A DNA stretch of 32,000 nucleotides from Schaalia odontolytica (GTDB taxonomy: Bacteria > Actinomycetota > Actinomycetes > Actinomycetales > Actinomycetaceae): assembly GCF_005696695.1 (NCBI RefSeq), contig NZ_CP040006.1:1260001-1292000 (forward strand). The letters run 5' to 3'. Positions 9,476 to 17,232 of the stretch are shown here, one piece after another; positions within the stretch are counted from its first letter, which is position 1; each line of letters begins with the position of its first letter. Both the position numbers and the translations under genes were made by a program. The notes beneath the pieces are model-generated. The model did no database searches and was not told the origin of the DNA. It saw only the letters and a program-made list of their open reading frames with translations.

Positions 9476-10912
9476 TCAGTTGTTCGTCAGCTTCTCACGC
9501 AGCGCGGCCAGGGCCTCGTCGGAAGCAAGGGTGCCCTCGTTGTCGACCGGGGTCGAGTAGGAGGCCTGCTCCTCGATGGAGGGAGCCGCTTCGGCGTCCT
9601 CTTCGAGGGCCTTGCGGACCTGAGCCTTGTGGGCCTCCCAGCGGGCCTGAGCCTCGGCGTACTGGGCTTCCCAAGCCTCGCGCTGAGCGTCGAAGCCTTC
9701 CATCCACTCCTGGGTCTCCGGATCGAAGCCCTCGGGGTACTTGTAGTTGCCGTTCTCGTCGTACTCGGCAGCCATGCCGTAGAGCGAAGGATCGAACTCT
9801 TCGGAGGTCGGATCCACGCCCTCGTTGGCCTGCTTGAGGGACAGGGAGATGCGGCGACGCTCGAGGTCGATGTCGATGACCTTGACGAAGACCTCTTCGC
9901 CAACCTTGACGACCTGGTCCGGCAGCTCGACGTGACGCTGAGCCAGCTCGGAAATGTGGACGAGGCCCTCGATGCCGTCCTCGACGCGGACGAACGCGCC
10001 GAAGGGGACCAGCTTGGTGACCTTGCCGGGCACAACCTGGCCGATGGCGTGGGTGCGGGCGAATGCCTGCCACGGATCTTCCTGGGTGGCCTTGAGCGAC
10101 AGGGAGACGCGCTCGCGATCCATGTCGACGTCGAGAACCTCGACGGTGACTTCCTGGCCAACCTCGACGACCTCGGACGGGTGGTCGATGTGCTTCCAGG
10201 ACAGCTCGGAGACGTGAACCAGGCCGTCGACACCACCGAGATCGACGAACGCGCCGAAGTTGACGATGGAGGAAACGACGCCGGAGCGCACCTGGCCCTT
10301 CTGCAGGGTGTGCAGGAAGTTCGTGCGGACCTCGGACTGGGTCTGCTCGAGCCATGCGCGGCGGGACAGGACCACGTTGTTGCGGTTCTTGTCGAGCTCG
10401 ATGATCTTCGCTTCGATCTCGCGACCGATGTAGGGGGCGAGGTCGCGGACGCGACGCATCTCAACGAGGGAGGCGGGCAGGAAGCCACGCAGGCCGATGT
10501 CGAGGATCAGGCCGCCCTTGACGACCTCGATGACGGTACCGGTAACGACGCCGTCCTCTTCCTTGACCTTCTCGATCTGGCCCCACGCGCGCTCGTACTG
10601 CGCACGCTTCTTCGACAGGAGGAGGCGGCCTTCCTTGTCTTCCTTCTGGAGGACGAGCGCCTCGATCTGGTCGCCCACGGCGACAACGTCGTCGGGGTTG
10701 ACGTCGTGCTTGATGGACAGCTCGCGAGAGAGGATGACACCCTCGGTCTTGTAGCCGATGTCAAGGAGGACCTCGTCGTGGTCGACCTTGACGACAGTGC
10801 CCTCGACGATGTCGCCATCGTTGAAGTACTTGATGGTCTCGTCGATGGCTGCGATCAGGTCTGCTTCCGAACCAATGTCGTTGATAGCGACCTGCGGCGT
10901 GTTGGTGGTCAT
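9476..10912 (-). CDS. rpsA: 30S ribosomal protein S1
   Basis: It contains four S1 repeats (GDIVEGTVVKV..., GTVIEVVKGGLILDIG, GQVRSGVVSSIVNFGAFVDLG, GKVTKLVPFGAFVRV). The start is set at ATG 10912 (MTTNTPQVAIND), with GGAGAA 8 nt upstream. The ORF-track extension to 10984 is rejected. Confidence 0.95.
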   Translation of the reverse strand: MTTNTPQVAINDIGSEADLIAAIDETIKYFNDGDIVEGTVVKVDHDEVLLDIGYKTEGVILSRELSIKHDVNPDDVVAVGDQIEALVLQKEDKEGRLLLSKKRAQYERAWGQIEKVKEEDGVVTGTVIEVVKGGLILDIGLRGFLPASLVEMRRVRDLAPYIGREIEAKIIELDKNRNNVVLSRRAWLEQTQSEVRTNFLHTLQKGQVRSGVVSSIVNFGAFVDLGGVDGLVHVSELSWKHIDHPSEVVEVGQEVTVEVLDVDMDRERVSLSLKATQEDPWQAFARTHAIGQVVPGKVTKLVPFGAFVRVEDGIEGLVHISELAQRHVELPDQVVKVGEEVFVKVIDIDLERRRISLSLKQANEGVDPTSEEFDPSLYGMAAEYDENGNYKYPEGFDPETQEWMEGFDAQREAWEAQYAEAQARWEAHKAQVRKALEEDAEAAPSIEEQASYSTPVDNEGTLASDEALAALREKLTNN

Positions 10913-11083
10913 GTAGTAGTTTCTCCGAAACGGACTGGATAGTAGATGGACAGTTCCGGCGCCCCGAGACGAATGCGGATGCACTCATCCCCAGACACCG
11001 TGAACCAGTTTAGCAGCCTTTAACGGGCAAATGTGACGAATTTGGCGACACTTTCCGTGGCGTGCGTCGCGTCGTCCCGCCGG

Positions 11084-13810
11084 TCAGTGAGCGGCGAGCT
11101 GCCAGGACGCGCCAATGCCGACAGCAACATCGAGTGGAACGGAGAGTTCCACGGGCGTCGCCATCTTGTCGCGGACGATCGCTTCAACGGCGGCCGCCTC
11201 GCCCGGCGCGACCTCGAGGAGCAGTTCGTCGTGGATCTGCACGAGGAGGCGCGACTTCAGGCCGGCTTCGGACAGGGCGTCGACGACGTTCATCATGGCG
11301 ATCTTGACGATGTCCGCAGCGCTGCCCTGGATGGGCGCGTTGAGAGCGGCGCGCTCGGCCATCTCGCGCCGCTGACGGTTCGAGGAACGCAGGTCGGGCA
11401 GGTAGCGGCGGCGCCCGAACATGGTCTGGGTGTAGCCGTCGGCGCGCGCCTGGGCGACAAGCCCCTCGAGGTAGTCGCGCACCTTCCCGAAGCGTTCGAA
11501 GTAGCGATCGCGCAGGGCGGCGGCCTCGGGCACGGGAATACCAAGTTGAGCGGCGAGGCCGTAGGAGGACAGGCCGTACGCGAGGCCGTAGGAGGTCGCC
11601 TTGATGCGTGACCGTTCCTCGGCGCTCACCTCGGCAACCGGGGTTCCGAAGACCATGGACGCCATCGTGCGGTGCAGGTCCTCGCCGGAATTGAAGGCTT
11701 CAATGAGCGCCTCGTCCCCCGACAGGTGCGCCATGAGGCGCATTTCGATCTGCGAGTAGTCGGCGCTCATGAGCGACTCGAATCCCTCACCAGCGACGAA
11801 GGCGCCGCGGATACGCATACCGTCGGCGCTGCGCGCGGGAATGTTCTGCAGGTTCGGATCGGAAGACGCGAGGCGCCCCGTGGCCGCGGCGACCTGGGAG
11901 AAGGTCGTGTGGATGCGTCCATCGGAGGCGACGGTCGCGGACAGGGAGTCGACCATCTGCTTGAGCTTGATGCGGTCGCGGTGGGTGAGCAGGAATCCGA
12001 GGAAGTCGTGCCCCGCTCCCCCCTCGTCCGCGGTCTTCGCGTGCAGGTCTGCCAGGGCCTCGGCGTTTGTGGTGTACCCGGTCTTCGTCTTCTTCGTCTT
12101 GGGCAGGCCGAAATGGTCGAAGAGGAGCTCCTGGAGCTGCTTGGGGCTGGAGAGGTTGACCTCGCGGCCGGCGGCAGCCCACGCGCCCTCGCGCGCGGCG
12201 TCGACGGCCTTGCCGAGCTCGTCGGATAGACCGTCCAGCACGGACGTGTCCGCAGCGATGCCGATGTCTTCCATCTGACCGAGCAGGACCGACAGCGGCA
12301 TCTCCATGTCGGTGAGCAGCGCACCCTCGGAGCTTTCCTCCAGGCGCGAGCGCAGAGTCGAGGCGAGCGGGTGAAGGTGGGCGGCCAACTTCCCGGCGCG
12401 TACCTGGGCGGCGCTCGGGCCAGCTCCCATGTCGCCGAGATCGAAGAGAGCCTCAGAGTCACCCTCCTCTTCCTCGATCACGACGCCAAGCACACGCGAG
12501 AGCACATCCTCCAGCTTGTGGGAGCGCTGATCGGGATGCGCGAGGTACGCCGCCAGCATCGTGTCGCACTCGACGGCGCCGAGAGTCCAGCCGCGCGACG
12601 CAAGGGCATGGCGCGTCCCCTTCGCGTCGTGCACGATGAGGGACGAGGCCGTGGCGAGTACCTCGGCTAGTGCTTCCTCCTGCTTGGGGCTCAGTTCGAC
12701 GGGATCAATCACGAGCGCCTCGTTCTCGGAGGCGAGGACAAGGCGGGTGACGTCGCCGCGAGTCGGTCGCATATCTCCCTCAACGAGCACGGCGAGCGTC
12801 GAATGAGCGCGAGCCCACTGAGCAATGCCGCAGGAAGCATCCGCGAGCGACACCGAGATCTCCACCTCGGCCACACCCTCGGGCGTCTCGTCGACGTGCC
12901 CCTCCCCCATGCCGATACCTGCGACCTCGCGCACCTTCTGGCGCAGGCGGCCGAACTCGAGAGAATCAAAGAGACGATCGATGGCGGCGACATCCGTGGG
13001 GCGGCGGGCCAGATCACTGGGCGACACCTCAAGGTCCATGTCAGTGAGCAAGCGATTGAGGCGACGGTTGCGCACGACGTCATCCATGTGTTCGCGCAGG
13101 GCCGCTCCGCGCTTACCGCCGATTTCGTCAGCACGCGCCAAAAGGTTGTCCAGGCCGTCGTACTTATTGATCCACTGTGCGGCGGTCTTGGGACCGACTC
13201 CCGGAACGCCGGGCAGGTTATCCGAGGTCTCACCCACGATTGCGGCAATCTCGGGATAGCGGTGCGGCGGCACTCCGTACTTCTCCTCCACCGCCTGCGG
13301 AGTCATGCGGCGCAGATCGCCGGGACCCGTCCCCGGATACAGCACCGTGACGTTGTCAGTCACCGTCTGGAAGGAGTCGCGGTCGCCTGATACGACGAGC
13401 ACGTTCGCACCGTCGTTGCCGGCGCGGTAGGCGAGCGTCGCGAGAATGTCGTCCGCTTCGAAGCCCTCGCGTGAGAGCGACACGATCCCCATCGCATCGA
13501 GCACCTCGCGAATCAGCTCTACCTGGCCCTTGAACTCCTCGGGCGTGGCATCACGTGTCCCCTTGTACTCCGGATACTCCTCGGTACGGAATGAGTGCCT
13601 TGACACATCGAAAGCAACAGCGACATGCGTCGGCCGTTCGGTCTCAAGCAGCCTCGTCAGCATTGAGACAAAGCCGTAAACGGCGTTCGTGTGCTGGCCC
13701 GTGGCCGTCACGAAGTTATCCGGCGGAAGGGCATAAAACGCACGAAAAGCCATCGAATGGCCGTCAATAATCAGCACAGTGTCACTCACACATGCCACCC
13801 TAGATGCCAT
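11084..13810 (-). CDS. polA: DNA polymerase I
   Basis: It has a 5' nuclease N-terminus (LIIDGHSMAFRAFYAL) and Pol A motifs (RSRIKATSYGLAYG, QIHDELLLEV). The start is either ATG 13810 (GGTGAT 8 nt upstream) or GTG 13789 (GGGTGG 5 nt upstream). Confidence 0.95.
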   Translation of the reverse strand: MASRVACVSDTVLIIDGHSMAFRAFYALPPDNFVTATGQHTNAVYGFVSMLTRLLETERPTHVAVAFDVSRHSFRTEEYPEYKGTRDATPEEFKGQVELIREVLDAMGIVSLSREGFEADDILATLAYRAGNDGANVLVVSGDRDSFQTVTDNVTVLYPGTGPGDLRRMTPQAVEEKYGVPPHRYPEIAAIVGETSDNLPGVPGVGPKTAAQWINKYDGLDNLLARADEIGGKRGAALREHMDDVVRNRRLNRLLTDMDLEVSPSDLARRPTDVAAIDRLFDSLEFGRLRQKVREVAGIGMGEGHVDETPEGVAEVEISVSLADASCGIAQWARAHSTLAVLVEGDMRPTRGDVTRLVLASENEALVIDPVELSPKQEEALAEVLATASSLIVHDAKGTRHALASRGWTLGAVECDTMLAAYLAHPDQRSHKLEDVLSRVLGVVIEEEEGDSEALFDLGDMGAGPSAAQVRAGKLAAHLHPLASTLRSRLEESSEGALLTDMEMPLSVLLGQMEDIGIAADTSVLDGLSDELGKAVDAAREGAWAAAGREVNLSSPKQLQELLFDHFGLPKTKKTKTGYTTNAEALADLHAKTADEGGAGHDFLGFLLTHRDRIKLKQMVDSLSATVASDGRIHTTFSQVAAATGRLASSDPNLQNIPARSADGMRIRGAFVAGEGFESLMSADYSQIEMRLMAHLSGDEALIEAFNSGEDLHRTMASMVFGTPVAEVSAEERSRIKATSYGLAYGLSSYGLAAQLGIPVPEAAALRDRYFERFGKVRDYLEGLVAQARADGYTQTMFGRRRYLPDLRSSNRQRREMAERAALNAPIQGSAADIVKIAMMNVVDALSEAGLKSRLLVQIHDELLLEVAPGEAAAVEAIVRDKMATPVELSVPLDVAVGIGASWQLAAH

Positions 13811-14285
13811 GACACACGATCACCAGACGAAACACACGCATTCTTCCTCACCCGATCCGCTCGCACGCGGCGGCTGGGTCGGCGCCCACTGGCCCGGCAC
13901 CCTGATGGAAGCCACCGGCATGGAAGTGCTGGAGCACAGCGCGTCACGCACCGTGATCTCCATGCCCATCGATGGAAACCGCCAGAGCGCCGGAATCCTC
14001 CACGGTGGCGCATCCGCTGCCCTCGCGGAGACCGCGGCGTCGTTTGCCGCACAGATTCATGCGCGTGAAGCTAACCCGGGCAAGCAGGCCTACGCCGTCG
14101 GGACTGAACTCAACGCCTCCCATATCAGTGCAGGACGCGAGGGCATTATCACTGCAACCGCGACCGCCGTTCACCTCGGCCGCAGCTCGACCGTCCACAC
14201 CGTGGAGATTCGCGACGAGGCCGATCGACTAATCTCCATCGCGCGCGTGGCGAACCGCATCCTGGTGCGTTCGAGCCACGACTGA
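13809..14285 (+). CDS. PaaI/EntH-type hotdog-fold acyl-CoA thioesterase
   Basis: The motif ILHGGASAALAETAAS is nearly identical to the EntH/YbdB/DHNA-CoA hydrolase motif. The start is ambiguous among GTG 13779, ATG 13809 and ATG 13905. Codon GC3 is weak before about 13855. Confidence 0.8.
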   Translation: MTHDHQTKHTHSSSPDPLARGGWVGAHWPGTLMEATGMEVLEHSASRTVISMPIDGNRQSAGILHGGASAALAETAASFAAQIHAREANPGKQAYAVGTELNASHISAGREGIITATATAVHLGRSSTVHTVEIRDEADRLISIARVANRILVRSSHD

Positions 14286-14301
14286 GTTGCCAGGGCACAG
14301 C

Positions 14302-14331
14302 AATGGGGAGGGTCACTTGACCCTCCCCATT
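14302..14331. terminator. Perfect hairpin between the convergent thioesterase and pdtaR-like genes
   Basis: AATGGGGAGGGTCA / CT / TGACCCTCCCCATT forms a 13-14 bp stem. There is no U-tract on either side, as in the I-shaped terminators common in actinobacteria. Confidence 0.6.
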
Positions 14332-14345
14332 CGCTCGTCTATGAC

Positions 14346-14936
14346 TCAGTCGTCGACCTGGTTGATCACCGCGTCGGCAACCTCACGCATGGACAGACGA
14401 CGATCCATCGATGTCTTCTGAATCCAGCGGAAGGCCTCGGGCTCGCTCATACCCATGTTCTTCATGAGCAGACCCTTCGCGCGGTCCACGCGCTTGCGGG
14501 TCTCGAAGCGATCCGACAGATCGGCGATCTGATCCTCGAGAGACTCGATCTCTGCGTGACGCGACAGAGCGATCTCGACGGCAGGGATCAGGTCAGCGGG
14601 ACTAAAGGGCTTCACGACGTATGCCATCGCACCGGCGTCGCGTGCACGCTCAACGAGCTCCGTCTGCGAGAAAGCCGTCAGCATGACGACAGCGCAGGAC
14701 AGCTCCTGCAGGATCTTCTCCGCAGCGGTGATGCCGTCCATCTTCGGCATCTTGACATCCATCACGCACAGATCGGGTTCGAGCTCGAGTGCCAGCTCGA
14801 CAGCTTCCTCACCGTCGGCAGCCTCGCCAACGACCTCGAACCCCGCCTGGGTGAGCGTCTCAACGATATCGAGACGAATCAACCCCTCGTCTTCTGCGAC
14901 GAGGACGCGACGCGGTTCAGCCTGCTCTTCACTCAT
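14346..14936 (-). CDS. pdtaR: ANTAR-domain response regulator (PdtaR-like, REC + ANTAR)
   Basis: It has a REC domain (RVLVAEDEGLIRLDIVE, DLCVMDVKMPKMDG) and a C-terminal ANTAR domain (RKRVDRAKGLLMKNMGMSEPEAFRWIQKTSMDRR). The start is set at ATG 14936, with GAGGA 8 nt upstream. The ORF-track extension to 15014 would overlap the tRNA-like gene. No kinase gene is adjacent. Confidence 0.88.
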   Translation of the reverse strand: MSEEQAEPRRVLVAEDEGLIRLDIVETLTQAGFEVVGEAADGEEAVELALELEPDLCVMDVKMPKMDGITAAEKILQELSCAVVMLTAFSQTELVERARDAGAMAYVVKPFSPADLIPAVEIALSRHAEIESLEDQIADLSDRFETRKRVDRAKGLLMKNMGMSEPEAFRWIQKTSMDRRLSMREVADAVINQVDD

Positions 14937-14999
14937 TGTCATATTCCTCAGTTTGATCGGTTTGCTCAGCTGCTCTATTGTGGGACACGCACACGCGAA

Positions 15000-15073
15000 G
15001 CCCCGATAGCCCAACTGGCAGAGGCGGTCGGCTCAAACCCGGCTTGTTGTGGGTTCGAATCCCACTCGGGGTA
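15000..15073 (+). tRNA. tRNA-like gene, anticodon CAA (Leu) by manual fold; atypical class-I length
   Basis: The manual cloverleaf has these parts:
- acceptor GCCCCGA/TCGGGGT, with a G1-U72 wobble
- U8 A9
- D stem GCC/GGC with loop CAACTGGCAGA
- anticodon stem GTCGG/CCGGC with loop CTCAAAC
- variable loop TTGTT
- T arm GTGGG-TTCGAAT-CCCAC
- discriminator A
- CCA not encoded (CCG follows)
The isotype assignment is less certain than the tRNA call itself. Confidence 0.7.
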
Positions 15074-15167
15074 CCGCCAGTGGAGTACGTGCTCCTAATG
15101 GTACCGGCAATTCAGCACGTGTGCGACGTGCGTAGCACAAATTGATATAGCAAAATCGCAGACGAAC

Positions 15168-15200
15168 AAGGGGCCGACAAGCAAAGCTTGTCGGCCCCTT
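15168..15200. terminator. Perfect 15-bp hairpin, candidate bidirectional terminator (tRNA-like gene / small ORF)
   Basis: AAGGGGCCGACAAGC / AAA / GCTTGTCGGCCCCTT is followed by TGTC on the + strand. It ends 10 nt before the stop of the 71-aa minus-strand ORF. Confidence 0.7.
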
Positions 15201-15209
15201 TGTCACGGC

Positions 15210-15425
15210 TCAGGCCACGACGCTCAGTTCGAGACCGAGGTACTCGGCAGCCGCGCCCCGGCGGGCCGGCTCGTCAAGGTCGGCAATCGCCTGCTTGACC
15301 CTCGAGTCGTGGAAGTCAGCGAACCACGGCTCAACGGCACGTGAGAGCTGGCCGACCTCCAGGTTGTTGGCCACGCGGCCAAACAGAGTGTCGTGGACCG
15401 ACACGGTCCGGATCTTCGTATTCAT
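15210..15425 (-). CDS. Hypothetical small protein (71 aa), possibly ribbon-helix-helix-like
   Basis: The ATG at 15425 is preceded by GAAGAGGAGAAAGAGAA, a strong SD. About 83% of codons end in G or C even though the surroundings are lower in GC. The N-terminus KIRTVSVHDTLFGRVANNLEVGQLSRAVE has a beta-strand/helix/turn/helix pattern reminiscent of RHH proteins, though I recognise no family. A terminator lies directly downstream. Confidence 0.65.
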   Translation of the reverse strand: MNTKIRTVSVHDTLFGRVANNLEVGQLSRAVEPWFADFHDSRVKQAIADLDEPARRGAAAEYLGLELSVVA

Positions 15426-15539
15426 TTCTCTTTCTCCTCTTCAATTCGGGCGCGCCAGAAAACATGCTTTGTTCGCACAGGCATTCCTGATCACGCCGGG
15501 CAGCGATCTGCTGCACTGCCGCGCCGTCGTTGGTGCGGC

Positions 15540-15605
15540 GTCCACGTGTCTCAACGTGTATCCGAGTACTTTATTCCACGGATTTCATTTTGTCCACGTG
15601 AACAA
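15540..15605 (-). repeat. Repeated CACGTGGAC / CGTGGA motifs upstream of the small ORF (possible operator array)
   Basis: Minus-strand CACGTGGAC occurs exactly twice (15600-15592 and 15548-15540), 52 nt apart. Related copies CCGTGGA and ACGTTGA lie between them. The first copy sits inside the imperfect palindrome TTGTTCACGTGGACAA. It also overlaps a candidate promoter, TGGACA-17 nt-TAAAGT (15596-15591 / 15573-15568). Confidence 0.4.
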
Positions 15606-15609
15606 ACAC

Positions 15610-15650
15610 AAAAAGAGCGGGGGCACCGGCTTGCCGCCGGCACCCCCGCT
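15610..15650 (-). terminator. Intrinsic terminator of pyk
   Basis: The minus-strand hairpin is AGCGGGGG-TG-CCGGC / GGCAA loop / GCCGG-TG-CCCCCGCT, 13 bp with a 2x2 internal loop. It is followed by CTTTTTGTGTTTGTT and lies 12 nt after the pyk stop. Confidence 0.8.
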
Positions 15651-15661
15651 ACTCACGCATC

Positions 15662-17107
15662 TCACGCGTGGCGGGTTCCGCCAATCGCGTAGTCGGCCTC
15701 ATCTCCGACCTCATGGATACGCAGCATGTTCGAGGAGCCGGCGATGCCCGGGGGCATACCAGCAACGATGACCAGCTGATCACCGATGTCCGCCAGGTGC
15801 GCAGACTGAACCACCTGATCGAGCTGCCACACCATGTCATCGGTGTGCTGCACCTCGGGCACGCGGTAGGCCTGGATACCCCACGACAAGGCAAGGCGGC
15901 GACGCGTGGACTCGAGCGGCGTAAAGGCAAGCATCGGAATCGGACGACGCATGCGCGACAGCAGACGCGCGGAGGTGCCGGACTGACTGAAGGTCACCAG
16001 GTAGCGAGCATCCATGTGCTCGGCGATACGCGCCGCGGCCTCGCAGATGACGCCCGCGCGGTCGGCGTAGAAGCCGGGGATCGAGGCGATGCGCTCGCCG
16101 CCGTTCTCTTCCGTCGACTCGATGATCGCGGCCATCGTTCGCACCGTCTCGATGGGGAACGCGCCGACCGAGGTCTCGCCGGAGAGCATGACCGCATCGG
16201 CGCCGTCGAGGATCGCGTTGGCGCAGTCGGAGGCCTCGGCGCGCGTCGGGCGCGGGTTCTTGATCATGGAATCCATGACCTGGGTCGCGACGATGACGGG
16301 CTTGGCGGCAATACGAGCGAGTTCGATCGCGCGCTTCTGCACCAGCGGGACGGCCTCGAGGGGCATCTCGACACCGAGGTCACCGCGGGCGACCATGATG
16401 CCGTCGAAGGCCTCGATGATGTCTTCCAGCGCCTCAACAGCCTGCGGCTTCTCGATCTTGGCGATGACCGGGATGCGCTTGCCCATCTCGTCCATGATCT
16501 CGTGGACGTCCTTGATGTCCTCGGCAGAGCGCACGAAGGACAGCGCGATGAAGTCGGCATCCTGCTCGATACCCCAGCGCAGATCCTCCTTGTCCTTCTC
16601 GGACAGGGCGGGGACGGAGACGGCGACGCCAGGCAGGTTAAGGCCCTTGTGGTCCGACACCATGCCGGGAACCTCGACGCGGGTAACGACGTCAGTATCG
16701 GTGACCTCGACGACGCGGACCGCGACGTTACCGTCGTCGATCAGCAGGCGGTCGCCGGGAGCGCAGTCACCGGGTAGGCCCTTGAAAGTCGTACCGACGA
16801 GTTCCTTGGTGCCGGGAACGTCGCGGGTCGTGATGGTGAAGGTGTCACCGATCTTCAGCTCCTGGGGGCCGTCCTGGAACGTCTCCAGGCGGATCTTGGG
16901 GCCCTGGAGGTCGACGAGAACCGCGATCGCGCGGCCGGACGTCGCAGACGCCTTCCTCACGCGCGAAATGACGGCCTCGTGTTCCTCAGCCTTTCCATGC
17001 GACCGGTTGATACGCGCGACATCCATGCCGGCGTCCACCAGTGCCTGGAGCTGCTCAGGAGATTCAGTGGCAGGTCCAATAGTGCAGACAATCTTAGCTC
17101 GACGCAT
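15662..17107 (-). CDS. pyk: Pyruvate kinase
   Basis: The motifs MRRAKIVCTIGPAT, MVARGDLGVEMP and the rest of the PK fold are present. The start is set at ATG 17107. The ORF-track start, TTG 17128, adds 7 residues that are atypical for PK. Confidence 0.95.
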   Translation of the reverse strand: MRRAKIVCTIGPATESPEQLQALVDAGMDVARINRSHGKAEEHEAVISRVRKASATSGRAIAVLVDLQGPKIRLETFQDGPQELKIGDTFTITTRDVPGTKELVGTTFKGLPGDCAPGDRLLIDDGNVAVRVVEVTDTDVVTRVEVPGMVSDHKGLNLPGVAVSVPALSEKDKEDLRWGIEQDADFIALSFVRSAEDIKDVHEIMDEMGKRIPVIAKIEKPQAVEALEDIIEAFDGIMVARGDLGVEMPLEAVPLVQKRAIELARIAAKPVIVATQVMDSMIKNPRPTRAEASDCANAILDGADAVMLSGETSVGAFPIETVRTMAAIIESTEENGGERIASIPGFYADRAGVICEAAARIAEHMDARYLVTFSQSGTSARLLSRMRRPIPMLAFTPLESTRRRLALSWGIQAYRVPEVQHTDDMVWQLDQVVQSAHLADIGDQLVIVAGMPPGIAGSSNMLRIHEVGDEADYAIGGTRHA

Positions 17108-17232
17108 AAGTAAAAGTTTACCTTCCAACCCCTGTTCAGACGAGGAAGATCAGCAGCGGGGCGACGTGATCATTCCCATGAATCCACCTGTGGTGGGACC
17201 TCTGGCACACGGATTGCGCGCACGGAGCGAGT

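Noticed and set aside
15083-15131. ANTAR target RNA (dual hexaloop hairpins) next to the pdtaR-like gene: GGAG-UACGUG-CUCC and GCACGU-GUGCG-ACGUGC downstream of the tRNA-like gene.
   Set aside because: The loops do not match the A1/G4 hexaloop consensus, and one of them is a pentaloop. The stems are short. The pair is not positioned against a terminator or SD that it could compete with.
15074-15660. Integrated mobile element at the tRNA-like gene (att direct repeat, integrase).
   Set aside because: No integrase or recombinase ORF is present. I could not find a downstream direct repeat of the tRNA 3' end. The only candidate is a 7-mer GGTACCG repeated 30 nt away, which is too short to mean anything. 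I keep it only as a remnant hypothesis in the findings.
15295-15771. A 158-aa + strand ORF spanning the small-ORF islet and the pyk terminator. Related ORFs lie at 15331-15516, 15393-15692 and 15649-15930.
   Set aside because: It runs straight through the pyk intrinsic terminator and into the pyk 3' end. It has no SD and a junk-like composition. The opposite-strand 71-aa ORF has the SD and the codon bias.
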